Positions 11,660 to 24,172 are shown, numbered from the whole stretch's first letter. The stretch: DNA of 62,916 nt, filler included, from Folioceros fuciformis (GCA_049999805.1; 11 parts of 11 records of this genome joined end to end with filler, not necessarily neighbours in it), one strand, 5' to 3'. Numbers and translations are program-made. Notes: generated by a model not told the origin, from the letters alone.

Positions 11660-12580
11660 GAATTCCAGACCTTGCTCGACAGGAGTCTCATTGATCACAG
11701 GAGGACGTCGAGGGATCATCCACAGGCCGATGGCCTGGCAGAAAGGCTAGTGCAGACCTTCAAGGATGCACTAAGGAAATACTGCATTACTGTGGAGCCC
11801 AAGTGTTGGGATGAATTGCTCCCTTACATCGTGTTGGGGTACAGGGTCAATGTGCAGGCAGCTCTTGGAAGTTTCAGTCCATACTTTTTGTTATTCGGAC
11901 GCAACGCAGTGTTGCCGAATGTGGTGAAGGACACCTACTCCATCCCTGTTGACTGGAGCAAAGATGCAAATGTGTGCTTGGCACAGGTTCAAGCCAGAGC
12001 AGAAGTATTTCAAAGAATTCTTCCCATGGCTATGGATAATTTGGCTGTGGCCCAGCATCGGGACCAGCTGAGGTATGCTTATACGCGGGGGGGCTCGTGG
12101 AAGCCCAAAGGCCGCAAGTTTGCATCTGGAGATTACGTGTACTTGCAGCGCAGGCCTGCAAGCACGTTAGATGTCAGCATAGGAAGGCTTATCCTGCGAG
12201 TTGTCCAGGTTGGTGAGCAAGGTGTGGTTGAACTTGAAGGAAGAGATGGCAGAAGGTGCAAGGAACACATGAAGCACTTGGCTCCATGCCATTTGCCTGA
12301 TCTGGATACACGAACTGTGCCTCAGACCTGGACGCCACCAGCAGATTTGCCCTGTGAGGAGTGTGGACACACAACTGACGACGAATTCATGTTGCTATGT
12401 GACAGGTGTAACCGTGGTTACCATCTGTTTTGCCTCAAACCGGCACTGGACAGTGTTCCAGAAGAAGAATGGCTATGTGAGCACTGTAATGTGCTAAGTG
12501 TGAACGTGGCTCTTACAGAAGGTGATACTGAGGTTGTCTTAAATTCACATACGTTGGTACGTAGTTGTTTGTTTTCCTAG
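11660..12580 (+). mobile_element. Ty3/gypsy integrase C-terminal half fused to a PHD finger
   Basis: HPQADGLAERLVQT, WDELLP, SPYFLLFGR, FASGDYVYL, then CEECG...MLLCDRCNRGYHLFCLKPALDSVPEEEWLCEHC (C4HC3 with the conserved Trp). Confidence 0.93.
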
Positions 12581-12646
12581 GCCAAGTTGGTCTAAACAAT
12601 TTTGTGGGAAACCAGGTGGCTAGGCCTCCAAGTTTCCCAGGGGGGC

Positions 12647-12749
12647 TGTTGACGGGTCCCGGGTCTGCCTCTCTTAGGCAAACCTAGTCTCTNNNNNNNN
12701 NNGGTAGACAGGCTAGGTAGGCATGCAGCTATGCGGCTGCTGCGCGACA
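12647..12749 (+). repeat. 3' LTR of the PHD-gypsy element (middle collapsed into a 10-N gap)
   Basis: Preceded by the purine tract AGGGGGG. Runs TGTTGACGGG...GCGCGACA. Both visible halves match 13605-13810. Confidence 0.75.
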
Positions 12750-13604
12750 GCTGTCATGCTGTTGCTGTATGGGAAACAGAGCACCTAAGACTCTATGACT
12801 GGATACTGACTAGAGCATCCTGGGCATAAGCCCTGAATGCTGAAATGACTAGATACTGACTGGAGCATCTCGGGCATAAGCCCTGATGCTGAAGTGCTTG
12901 ATGATGTCATGTACATGGCCCATGGATGGCCTGCACATGACATGTATGCCATATATGCATGTGTGCCATGTATTATCAATTATCGGACATTGATATATGT
13001 ACGATGTGCAAACGAGAGCCTAATGAGCAAAGGCACGCGTCTTACCAAACAAACATGATTAATTAATTAGAAAAGTATCTCAAGTGTTTTTATACTAAAC
13101 CCTAATAATCAAAGGTCGTAAGATTAAAAGCGTATATCCGTAACCCCAAACGTGACTAACGTAAGCCGTCCAGGGTTAACTACTCACATGTATGCATGCA
13201 TATGGAGATGAAGGATGACATGTGATGTATGTGGACATGTGGCAGGTGATGTGTCATGGCGCATACAACCTATATGCATGGTTGTGCATGAAAGGCGCGG
13301 TGCTATGCCGCATATATAGATAGCAGATTTATATTAGAAGATATTAGAAAATACATAAAAATCATAAATCAAGGAAAGTAGGATTATAAAGTGCCCACCA
13401 TCGATACGGGTGGACACTTCATCGAGAACTCCTGGGGGTTTTTGCCTATATATGTAGGCACCCAGCCATGGATTCTCGGATTGTTGATGTTTGTCTTGTT
13501 CCAATAGACAGCCATACTTCGTCCCTGCTGTGTCTTTGTCTCCTAGAGGTTCTTGTGGTTCGTTGCATTGCCAGGTTGGGAGAATTTTCCAGCTTGATTT
13601 CACC

Positions 13605-13828
13605 TGTTGACGGGTCCCGGGTCTGCCTCTCTTAGGCAAACCTAGTCTCTTTTTGTAGCCTTGCTCTTGGCCATAGGCCAAGGACAAATTAAGGCTAGGA
13701 TTGTTGCTCTTGGGCCGAAGGCCAAGGAGATCGCAGGCAGGCGGAAGCTTAGTGACCTAGCTTGGTAGACAGGCTAGGTAGGCATGCAGCTATGCGGCTG
13801 CTGCGCGACATGGCTCCTGTGGAGGGAC
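13605..13828 (+). repeat. Second copy of the same ~206-bp LTR (13605-13810) followed by a PBS-like TGGCTCCTGTGGAGGGAC
   Basis: TGTTGA...CGACA. Identity with the 12647 copy ends exactly at the CA, where this copy continues with TGG. Confidence 0.7.
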
Positions 13829-13989
13829 TAGCCAAGGGAAGTTCGGGAGGTTGTGGGAAGCTTGATGGTGGATTGCAGAAGATTGAAGCAGATTGCAAGG
13901 ATTGTAGCTTATGGTTGTAGGAATGGAGCATTCCATCCTGTGATCCTACGGCTTGGGGAGAAGGAGTGGTCAATTTAAGAGGTGACCTG

Positions 13990-15020
13990 GAAGAAGGGTA
14001 GGTCCGAGAGGCACTGGTGATTGTTGGTAGGGGCAACTTAGTGTCCTAAGGGGTAGTGAGCAATTAGGGTTAGGATTAGGTCTGATTAAGGTTAGGTCAG
14101 AGTTAGGGTTAGGATTAGGTCAGAGTTAGGGGCAGCTTAGGGCTGGTGGACTGAGTCTAACCCTAGTAGACAGAGGTTCAGGCCAAGGTAGTGTAAGAGG
14201 CCAGGCCTGCCATTGAGGAGGGGGTAGTCTATGGTGCGATTTTCCTTAACCTTGTGTGCAGAACTCCCGGCCTAGGGTGTTGAGTTGGTTTGAGATTGAA
14301 TCGAGGTTGTGATTCCCCTTGCCATTAGGGGAACGTGGAGGATCCCAAGACTACCGAGATCCGTGTGGCCGGATCCGCAAGGGCTGAATGTTATGTAGGT
14401 TGGCTGAAGTGAAGTGACAGGACAGGACCGTGAGCCAAGAGGGCTATCCAGTCCTAGTATCCACACCATGCCTAAGACTGCAAGGGGTGAGGTTGTTGTG
14501 TCCCAATTTTCTGGGAATAGCTAAAGCAAAGAGAGGGAGAGCTGGAGTGAAGTGCAGTGAAGTGAAGAGTGGGTTGCTGAGGTGCAGGAGTGTGTACTGA
14601 AGAAGTTGCTGAGGTGTAGGAGTGTGTACTGAAGAAGTTGCTGAGGTGCAGGAGTGTGTACTGANNNNNNNNNNAGTGTGTACTGAAGAAGTTGCTGAGG
14701 TGCAGGAGTGTGTACTGAAGAGTGAAGGGTGAATGACTGAAGTGGAGGAGGAGGACTGCAGTGGGAATCATGAAGAGCTGAAGGACTGAAGAACTAGAGT
14801 GAGTTTTGTGGGTTGATATGAAGATAGGCTAGGATTTTGGCCTTTTTGCTGCTGTGTGTGGTCAGGCCTAGGGACCGTCTAATAGGTAGAAGTATGAGAA
14901 GATAGTCGTAGGAGTTTCTTGACGCTAGTTCACTCCCTTGGAGCGAATCATAAGGCTGCAACGACAATAAGGGAAAGTGTGGCCCTTTGATGGTTCTTGG
15001 ATGCAAGAAACCACTCCACA
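13990..15020 (-). mobile_element. Partial copy of the long TG...CA element family with telomere-like repeats
   Basis: Reverse complement from 15020 (TGTGGAGTGGTTTCTTGCATCCAAGAA) aligns with 37866 onward. TTAGGG/TTAGG-rich array at ~14065-14130; ~32-bp tandem unit GCTGAGGTGCAGGAGTGTGTACTGAAGAAGTT at ~14575-14720. Confidence 0.8.
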
Positions 15021-15990
15021 GCAGCATAAAATATGCAATGTACAAGCTGCACTATGTACTAATGCACCTAACATGGTATACCACAGTGTACCACACAAGG
15101 TAGCATAAAATATGCAATGTACAAGTTGCCCTACGTACTTATGCAGATGCTGAGTAGGGTGCATTTCGTCTTGGTGCTCTATTATTTCCACGTCTGGAGA
15201 CTCGCTCTCAGGATATTTGTTCCTTAGCAGGAGTTGCTTGTTTTTGTTCATTATAGTATTGACGAGCGCCACGTCTTACTTGCATTTTATTAAGCTTGAT
15301 CAAGTCGTCAAGACTTTGATCATTAACATTATTTTTATTAAGGTTGTTTCTTATTATATAGTTTGCTTGCTCTTTATTGAGCTTTGCTTTTATATTAGAT
15401 TTTCCCTACTTTTATTAAGCTTAATTAGTTTATCTAGACTTAAGGAGTTCATAGGCCTTTTTTCTTTTGGGCTGTGTAATTGTAGAGCACGTTCCTTTTC
15501 TTGTTTCTTTAGATTGATCAAGTGTCTCAAGTCATCCATACGAAGCATGTTTGCATGCCCTTTCGGGGCTTCTAACTTAGGGGGCTTGCATTTTCATGAA
15601 ATAAAATAGATTTGATTTATAGACTTCTCTCGTAATTGAATTATGGAAGGGATCTCCTTTTGAGTTTAATAATTTGATGTTCATAAAAGTTCAATTATAG
15701 ATCTATAAAGATAAAGACATAAAATAATAAGATAAATATTAATTCAAAGCATAGAACAAAATAAAACGCAGAAAACAAAATGAAAACAAAAACAAACAAT
15801 CAAGCACGAAATAGATTCACCATGAAGAACAAGAACAACATGAAGATTAAGATTAAGAATAAGACTAAGATTAGGATTACGATAAAAAAACAATGAAACC
15901 CTCAAAAGAAGGAGAGAAAGAATAGCTCAAAAAGAAAAAAGAAAAAAGAAAAAAAAACCAAAAAAACCAAAAAAACTCTAAGAGGAAACA
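15021..15990. repeat. ~1-kb AT-rich dispersed repeat, family B copy 1
   Basis: Close reverse complement of ~43975-45015 on another contig (e.g. AGCATAAAATATGCAATGTACAAG twice; TTTAGATTGATCAAGTGTCTCAAGTCATCCATAC). Confidence 0.9.
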
Positions 15991-16735
15991 TAATAGAAAC
16001 AATGGAAGAAGGAAAAAAAGCTCTTAGGTCAAACATATTAGAAAGAGAAGAGACAATAAAGAACCCTAAGAAAGTGAAGAAAACACACACAACAAGAGAA
16101 AAAGGGAACAATCCAAGAAACCAAATGTGGAGGCAAAACTCCGGGCACTGATTGCCAACGGGTTCCACCTTTAGTGGCCACACTTATCCCATTGTCGTTG
16201 AGACATTGGGTTTCGTTCCCACGAAGGAGCGATGAGGTTCCTTGCTGCTGTGGATGGAGGGTCGGACTTGATCAACTCGATGATGGATTCGAGGGCTCCC
16301 CTCCAGCTCCGATCAGGCGTAGGAGAGGCCTCGCTGTCCGGCGGTCAGCTGCGCCTCTCTCGGTGCCCACAAACTCACTCCAGTCACTACAACGACCCTA
16401 ACCTCTTATATCTGCGACTTCCCTCACTCACTTCACTCACTCTCTCACTCTAGCGCCAACACCAGCAACTAACAATGACACCACTACCTTCTACACTTCC
16501 CTACTAACTCCTCCTACCCGGCAAGAGTCACTAGACTAACCCCAAAGAAAAGAAAGAAGGGAACACAGTCCCCTCTTGGATATCTCCCCCTCACAACCTT
16601 ACCAGAGGCCATGAGACATGGCCGGCCTACAGCACTTGTCCAAGCAAGGAACAAGAGTGGACAGGTCGAGAGAAAGACACATCCTTTACAATCAAGAGCT
16701 AGGGGCAAGCCCCTTCAGCCTGTTCATTACACCTT

Positions 16736-16899
16736 GTGATCCTACCAGACACTATACAACCGGCAACACGCTGCCCGCGATCCTACCAGACACTGTACAG
16801 CCAGCAACACGCTACCTGCGATCCTACCAGACACTGTACAGCCGGCAACACGCGGCTTGCGATCCTACCAGACATTGCACAGCCGGCAACACACTGCAA
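16736..16899 (+). repeat. Minisatellite, 4 x 41 bp
   Basis: Unit ~GCGATCCTACCAGACACTGTACAGCCGGCAACACGCTGCCC starting at 16736, 16777, 16818 and 16859, with no spacers. Confidence 0.92.
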
Positions 16900-17745
16900 G
16901 TCCTAAACCAAGCAGGGACAGACCACAAGAGCTCATGAAGAGAGGACCTCCAAGAGCTCACGAAGAGATAGACTGACTCCCAAAGTGAATGACTCCCTCC
17001 TCCTACAGGCTCACCTAATCTTATAGGAGCCTCTCTCTCTCTCTGACTTCACCTCTCTCTAACTTTAGAAAAATTATTTTAATAGGACCACTAGCCTAGC
17101 CGGCTATCACCAGCCACTTATTTAGACTTCTAGCACATCCTGCCACCAATGAGCTCCTGGCCCTACCACCACAAGGATCTACCACCTCTTAGACTATCCT
17201 GAGACTTCGGAGGATGTCTGATCTTCAAAGATATGCGGACGCCGCCTCTTCTTTGTTGGATGGCTGCCCGCTAAGTCTTCCCCTGCAACTGTTCACCCTT
17301 GGTGGCTGAGCCAGCCTCGAGGGGAGGAGTATGAGAAGTGGGAAAGATAGAGAGGAGGTGGGAGGCAATGGGATCAGCAACTGGAACCTGGCCTGAAAAC
17401 GGTAGCTTATTCAGCGGGATCAGCTTCCAGCCGAAATGGTTCCTCGGCCATGGAAGATTGACCCCGAGGTGCTGGAATAGGCCCCGAACTAGGAGGAAAA
17501 GAAAGCAGGTGAAACAGAGTTGAATTGGAATCTCTGGAATTAAATCCAGAAAAATAGGGGTAAAAATAGAAAAGGGGAAATTAGGAAAATAAAAAGAAGG
17601 AATGCGGGTACACGTATCATTACGTATTAAATACGTATCTCAACANNNNNNNNNNNNNNNNNNNNNNNNNNNNNNNNNNNNNNNNNNNNTTAATTAATTA
17701 ANNNNNNNNNNNNNNNNNNNNNNNNNNNNNNNNNNNNNNNNNNNN

Positions 17746-20700
17746 ATGCCATGTTATTACAGTTGAGTTCCATTCATCCTTTCCTAACAGCAAGCAGTGT
17801 GTAGAGATAGACTTCCTACTGTCGGAATCAGAGGCCCAATCTACATCACAGAAGCGGCTAAGAAGTAGGCTTTCTGGTCTCTCTGTGTATAGCAGGCCAA
17901 GGTTAGGTGATCCTCCAAGGTAACGGAGGATCCTTTGTACTGTATGCGAGTGCGATGTGCCGTAATTTGACAGGAACTGGGATGTGACCCCAACTGAATG
18001 TGCCAGGTCGGGCCTTGTCCAATTCTTGAAATAAATGCATGCTCCCACTGCTGACCTATAAGGTACCTTCTCCATTTCTATCCGTTCTTGTTCAGTTGTT
18101 GGGCATTGTGCCAAGGTGAGCTTGTCACCAACTGCCATTGGAGTTACAGCTGGTTTTGCGTCTTGTAGCCTAAACCTGACTAGGACTTGATGTACAAATT
18201 GACCTTGATGTATGAAAATCGTGTGTCTAGACAGGTTTTGGATGATCTGAATCCCTAAGAAGAAGGTCAACTAACCCAGTCCGTCATGGAGAATTCAGCA
18301 GTTAGGAAACCTTTCACTTTCGACATGGATTGGGGACTGCTAGCAATGATAACTGCGTCATCTACATACAAAGCTAAGTAAACTACTCCATCCTTGTCAT
18401 GTAATATGTAGACATTGCTGTCTGCCTCACTCTGGACAAACCCGCAACTTTTTAAATATGTGTCAATTCGTTTGTACCATTCTGTTTTAACCCATATATT
18501 GTTTTTATTAACCTGCAGACTCTGTTGAGGTGCTTAGGGTCGACATACCCCTCTGGCTGCCGCATGAAGATAGTTTCTTCAAGGTTCCCGTTAAGGAACG
18601 CAGTCTTTACATCCATGTGTTGAAGGATGTAATCATGTTGCGCAGCTATGGCAAGTAAAGCTCTTATTGATGAAGCACGTACCACAGGTGAGAACGTCAC
18701 ATTGTAGTCAAGGCCCTTGACTTGGCTGTAGCCTCGTGCCACTAATCTTGCCTTAAATCGAGCCACAGCTCCTTCAGCATTAAGTTTACGCTTGGAGACC
18801 CATTTGCAGGTCACTGCTTTGCGTCCAGGTGGTAAGTCTTCCAGCACCCATGTTTTATTGTCCACAAGTGATTTGTATTCAAACTGAATTGCTTCCTTCC
18901 ACTTTTCTCCATTAGGTGAGTTGAGGGCAGCTTGGTAAGTGGGTGGATCTCCCATATCCAGAGGAGCACCATCATCCTGCACAAGGAAGGTTTGTGGTGA
19001 GTAGGGAGGCTGAATCCATTCGGATGGGGAAGTGGTGTGCCTCCTTGTTCCCAAATCCGTCCCTCTGCGCAATGTTACTGGTGGTGCACTGTGTATGAGA
19101 GGTTCCTCTATGACAGGGATCAAGTTGCCATGTGTGTCACCTTCGTGTCCAGCTGACCCCACCTCGTTTTGGCTTTCCGGGTCATCATCAGGAAACATGG
19201 TTGGTTTGTCACTTATCCCTGATGGTATTTGGGCTGACTGGTCAGGTGGTGACTGTACAGGTGTTGACTGGATAGGAGGGTATGAAAAAGATCTATAATC
19301 ATCTTCTTCATCTGTAGGTGGCTCGCTTGAGGAGGCTTCTTCTCTAAACCTATCTTCGGGTGCTGAGGTAAGAAGAAGCTTCTCATTAAATATGACACTA
19401 CGTGCATGTGTAGTGGTTCTTGTGTTGGGGTCAAAGAGCTTATAACCTTTTATCCCCTCTGTATACCCAATGAAGACGTACTTCCTTGCCTTATAGTCTA
19501 ATTTGACTTGCTGGTCTTCAGATAGATGTGCATAGGCAGGAGCTCCAAAAATTCGGAGATGATTAATACGTGGCTTGTGTGCTGTCCATCTTTCATATGA
19601 AGTGGCACCTTCAAACACACTAGTTGGCAGCCTATTGATAATATAGGCTGCTGTAGCCACAGCCTTGCCCCAATATCCTCTTGAAAGACCAGCTAGCTTG
19701 GGCATGGATTTGGCAGTCTCTTGGAGTCGGCGGTTGTTCAGCTCAGCAATCGGATTCTGCGATGATGTATACGGTACAGTAAGTTGGCGTGAGATCCCCA
19801 ACTCCTTGCAGTAATCTGAAAATGCGTCTGAACAATATTCGCCACCGTTGTCACTGCACAAGGTTTTTAGAAGAGCACCCGTCTGCCTTTGAGCAAAGCG
19901 GACATACTCTTGGAAGCAGCCAAGTGTCTGGCTTTTCAATTTGATGAGGTATACCACGACATACATGCTCCAGTCATCAATGAATGACAATATATATTTG
20001 GCGCCTCCAAAGGTGGATGTGGACATAGGCCCACAAAGGTCAGAATGAACAAGTTCTAATAACTTAGTTGCTCGTGTTGGGTTAGAATCTTTGTAGGGGA
20101 GCCTATGATGCTTCCCGAATACGCAGGCTTCGCAAAACTACTTGTCTGCAACTTGGAGCATAAATTTCTCTCGATAGAGGGTGTTGCTGGCCACCATAGC
20201 TTTCAGTTTGTCAAAGTTCACATGCCCCAGCCGGCAATGCCAGAGCATGGCATCATACTAATGTTGAGAGGCCTGGGTGACATGCACTTGGGGTGGCACA
20301 GCTTAGAAGAGAAATCTAACTTGTAGATGTCGTTGACTGGTGTCCTCGTAGCCCTAACTTTGCCCTTGAACTTGGGGTCTGAGATAACGCAAGTGGTGCC
20401 ACTAAAGGCTGTATCTAGGCCTGTCTCTATAGAGAATTTGAGCAGGGTAACTAAGTTTTTGACCATTGCAGGGACATGAAGTACATCTTGGAGGCAAAGG
20501 GTGGATTTGTTAGCTAATAGAAGAGGTACTGTCCCTATTCCTACAATAAGACTGCCTCTATCATCACCCATAAGCACAACCTTACCTGGTGGTATTTTTC
20601 TGTACTCAGAAAACGCTTGCCTGGAGTGACAGCAATGAGCAGAGGCTCCTGAATCGAGGAACCATGCATGCTGGTCTGCGGCTGTGGACACCAAATAGAC

Positions 20701-22034
20701 AGCTAACAACGTGTAGCCCTTTCGTTGTGCTAGGTGTGACTCAAGTGGAGGTGTTGACCTCCTAGGCTCATTAGCCTTTTTCTTTCGACACTCAGATTCA
20801 TAGTGTCCAGGCATGAGACACTAGTTACACGGCCCTTTTTTCTTTGGTGGTCCAGATGAAGGAAACTTCTTTTTGTAAGTGTTATTGCTGCTGTTGCTGT
20901 TGTTTGACTGCCAGGGCTATCTTGGTGGTGGTCTCCGAGGGCCCCTGTTAGTATAGAGCACCCTCTTGGAGGCCTCTCCTCTGTGGGAGTTGCCACCACG
21001 CCTGGTGGTATGTGTGGACTCCTCCTCGAGAAGAGCCCCAATTAGGTCAGAGAGAGTGATCCTTGCTGGTTGACCTGCAGTTGCAGCTGTAGATGCTACT
21101 CTCAAAGTAGAGCTATAATTACTTACAAATGTTCAGTAGCTGTCTGGCAATGACAGGGCCACTGAGGCTTGAAGCACGTCAATTTGGTGCCGCAGGATAC
21201 AAGTTTGGTTCGTAGTGCTCGAAACTTGATCACATGTTGTTCCACAGATTCATGTTCCTTCATTTGGTAGTTATAGAAGGCCCTTGTGGCCTGGACGATT
21301 GAACTTCCGTTTGTGACTTGGTAAACTTGAGTAAGTGAGTCCCATACCGCTTTTGTTGACTCAGCATCTTGTGTATGCTGCATCATTGAAGCATCCAGTG
21401 CTGACTGGATAACGCCAAGCGCCCTGAGGTCTAACTTGGCCCATGCCTCTTGGTCTGCAAGTGTTGCAGTTTGTGGTGGTTTGGGAGTTGCTCCGCTTAC
21501 AACACCCCACAAATCATTCTCTCGCAGTATGGTTTTGACTCTCATTGCCCAAATGTCAAACTGTGTGCCAGAAAATCTGTCTTTTTCTTTGAAATCTATC
21601 TTTAGATGGTGCACTGTTGTGTTATGAGTGACTGTATTTGGATGTGCCATTGTGGACACAACTTGTGCTGCATGTGCTGCCCTTGTGGCTTGTGCTAACC
21701 TGGCCGACCTAGTATTATATGCACTTGTAGCTGCTAGTGCCAATTGTGCAAGCTGAGCTAGTTGAAGTGCTGTTGGGGCAGGTACAGTTGTACTGGATTG
21801 TGCAGATGTCTGTTGTTCAGATGTATCTGACAGGTGCTGAGTATCTACAGTGAGGGGTTCGGACAAGTTTGTGCCCTCAGAGTCTTCCTCTGTGCCACGG
21901 CCAATACCTCTGCCAGTGCCGTGCCTTCTAGTGTTGCGGAAATTATTGTATCCATGATTGCCACGGTTTCCTCGTCCACCATGTGACATGCGCACTTTAG
22001 AAGGGATGAGCAGACTTCGGTGCAAGGGCTTCAA
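17746..22034 (-). mobile_element. Ty1/copia element B, degenerate gag-pol (Gag to start of RNase H)
   Basis: FKEKDRFSG (Gag), GHYESECRKKK, WFLDSGAS, SDNGGEY, CKWVSK/FKARL, HMDVKTAFL, YGLKQ, TRPDLAHSVG, FCDVDWAS; several stops and frameshifts. Confidence 0.96.
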
Positions 22035-22206
22035 GTTGTTCGAAGTCTCTATTGCACTCTTTCAAGGCTGTCATCATCTTCCGAACCACTGGAGCAATTG
22101 GTTCTTTCAATCCTTCGAAACCATAGCATTCAGGAGGTGATCTTTGTTGTTGTTGGGATTTAATGATCAAATTGTGCACCTTCAAGGTTAATGCATCAAT
22201 TTTGCT
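21997..22206 (-). CDS. ORF0 homolog upstream of gag in element B (5' end off contig)
   Basis: Frame open to the contig edge: SKIDALTLKVHNLIIKS...IAPVVRKMMTALKECNRDFEQLEAL, resembling TKIDKLWCLVSDI of ORF0 at 435-923. Confidence 0.5.
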   Translation of the reverse strand, partial: SKIDALTLKVHNLIIKSQQQQRSPPECYGFEGLKEPIAPVVRKMMTALKECNRDFEQLEALAPKSAHPF

Positions 22207-22306
22207 NNNNNNNNNNNNNNNNNNNNNNNNNNNNNNNNNNNNNNNNNNNNTTAATTAATTAANNNNNNNNNNNNNNNNNNNNNNNNNNNNNNNNNNNNNN
22301 NNNNNN

Positions 22307-22512
22307 GAGGACTTGGAAATCCTCTTCTTTCTAATCTTGCTCACATCCAATCTTGTTGCTATCCCAAGGCCTTCGCCGCAAGACCTAGCAATCGGGACCT
22401 GTGATTGAAGGAGGTTTTGTCCCGTTGCTTCATAGAACTTGGAGACGTTTCCAATCTCATCCCCCACTAGAGACCCTCCTGATTTCTCAGGTCGTTCGTT
22501 GGAGTTCGACAT
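22307..22512 (-). CDS. ThrRS: 5' end of the ThrRS ORF (joins 26475 through a 47-bp terminal overlap)
   Basis: 22307-22353 is identical to 26429-26475. MSNSNERPEK...IATRLDVSKIRKKRISKS reads in frame into the ThrRS ORF. An in-frame stop lies upstream of ATG 22512. Confidence 0.8.
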
Positions 22513-22738
22513 CTTCTTTCCAATCTTCTTCTTTTTTGCTAGGGGACTTGAGAAAGCACGTGAAGTGGTTTACCAACAATGAGGGGCCCAGTACCCTCGT
22601 TCGCCCTTGGAGACACAATTGAAGAAAGGTCCTTTCACTGCAACGCCGTTGGGAGCCACAGTTGGAGTGGCTCTATTCGAAGGAATGCACACCTAGGTCT
22701 ACCTGCAACTAAGATGCGGCTACCCTCATTAGGGTGCC

Positions 22739-22748
22739 TTTATATATA
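22739..22748 (-). promoter_or_regulatory. Candidate TATA box of the ThrRS gene
   Basis: TATATATAAA on the minus strand, ~230 nt upstream of ATG 22512. Confidence 0.5.
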
Positions 22749-23988
22749 GCCAAATCTTGTCAAAAGGTGGGCTGTCGATAAAGACTTGTGATAAGAATAG
22801 AAGGTACTTGTGATAAGAATAGAAGGTAGTTTTTAAGGAGCAAAGTAGGAGTGAAAAAAATACAAGGGAGTACTTGTCCTCTAGAAGCAATCTACCATGC
22901 GTGGGAAAATACATATTATTTGGTGGTTTAAAGATTTTTGTATTTAATATTTTAAAACCCTTTTATTTTAAAAGTTATTTTATTTTATTTTTTTAATTTC
23001 TCAAGACATTTTATACTTTAGTGAAGTGTCTTATAGACCCTTTCAGTCCAAATTTGAAGGCCTAACATTTTGTTTTTGTTTTGTTTTTCTTCAAATATTC
23101 CTTTTTTTCTTTTTCATTTTTTTTAGGGTTTGTTGATGTTTGTTGTGCCATTGCACCATCTCCTGCGAATTTTCTTTCCATATTGCCTCCAAATTTTATA
23201 CCAAAAAATCTTTGTGTTAGCATCTTGGGCCAAGTTGTCAAGGAAAAATTGCTTTCTTGCCTTCTAGACTAAGAAGGCGGGGGTATTTTCTATGATTGAA
23301 AAAGAGATGGAAAGTCCCATCCACTCCAAAGATTGGAGGAACAACCCCATTAGGGCCAAAGGCAAAAAGAGGTACTCTCCCCTGAAGAGGCTAGCCAATT
23401 GGATTAGCGGTTGATGGCTACTAGCCGAGAGCATGAGCGGGAGTTAAGAAGAGCACCTTAACGCCATGCCACCGCTGTAGGGCTTGTGTACGAGGAGTGC
23501 AAGGCGGAAGCGCTAAGGCGCAGTGCCACCAACACGCTACTGCACGACTCAACTTGTTGAGCTTGGTAAGCACGCTACGCAAACCAGGATGGATGTAGGA
23601 ATCGTTTCTACTTCATGTGAGACCTTGTTTCTTCGTCTTCTCTCTTCTCTCCCTCCCCCTCTAGGAGGAAAGCCCCGTGCAACTTGTGTCGTGTCGCCTT
23701 CACTTTGCCTTGGTTTGAAAATGAATCTCTCAAGTGAGAGGAGAGCTATGCAAATGTCGTGGTGCTAGCGAGAATGATCGTGCATGAGCAATGTAAGTTG
23801 CAAGGGCCTTTGTGAAGCCCTAAGCACACTAGAGCGAACGAGCAAGGCAAATGTAAAGCCATGGTCCGTTTGCTTTCACGCCTTGTGATTGGCGTGCAGC
23901 CCAATTTGTGTGGGGTGCGCACATAGCCTCGAGGGCTAGTACCTTTTCTTTCATAATGCTATTACAGCATGTGCAACAATTTGGTCCC

Positions 23989-24172
23989 ATGACGAAAATC
24001 CATGGTAGTGGACTAAATTAAAATGATTGTTGTGTTGCGTGTGTTGGATTGAATGGGCTAAGTTGTGGTAAAGGATCCATATGACGAAAATCCATGGTAG
24101 TGGGCTAAATTAAAATGATTGTTGTGTTGCGTGTGTTGGATTGAATGGGTTAAGTTGTGGTAAAGGATCCAT
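23989..24172 (+). repeat. 92-bp tandem duplication downstream of ThrRS
   Basis: ATGACGAAAATCCATGGTAGTGG...GGTAAAGGATCCAT at 23989 and 24081, two mismatches; followed by ATGAATGA-rich degenerate repeats to ~24370. Confidence 0.9.

Noticed and set aside
16444-16460. TGGCGCTAGA on the minus strand, as a possible tRNA-Asn PBS
   Set aside because: Only about 10 nt match and it is not preceded by an LTR-terminal CA.
16736-16899. 41-bp repeats resembling a CRISPR array
   Set aside because: Units are contiguous with no unique spacers, there are no cas genes, and the context is eukaryotic.
23915-23940. GTGCGCAC palindrome followed by CTAGT, as a possible Helitron 3' end explaining the ThrRS circle
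   Set aside because: The stem is too short, no 5' end or RepHel gene is visible, and the motif can arise by chance.
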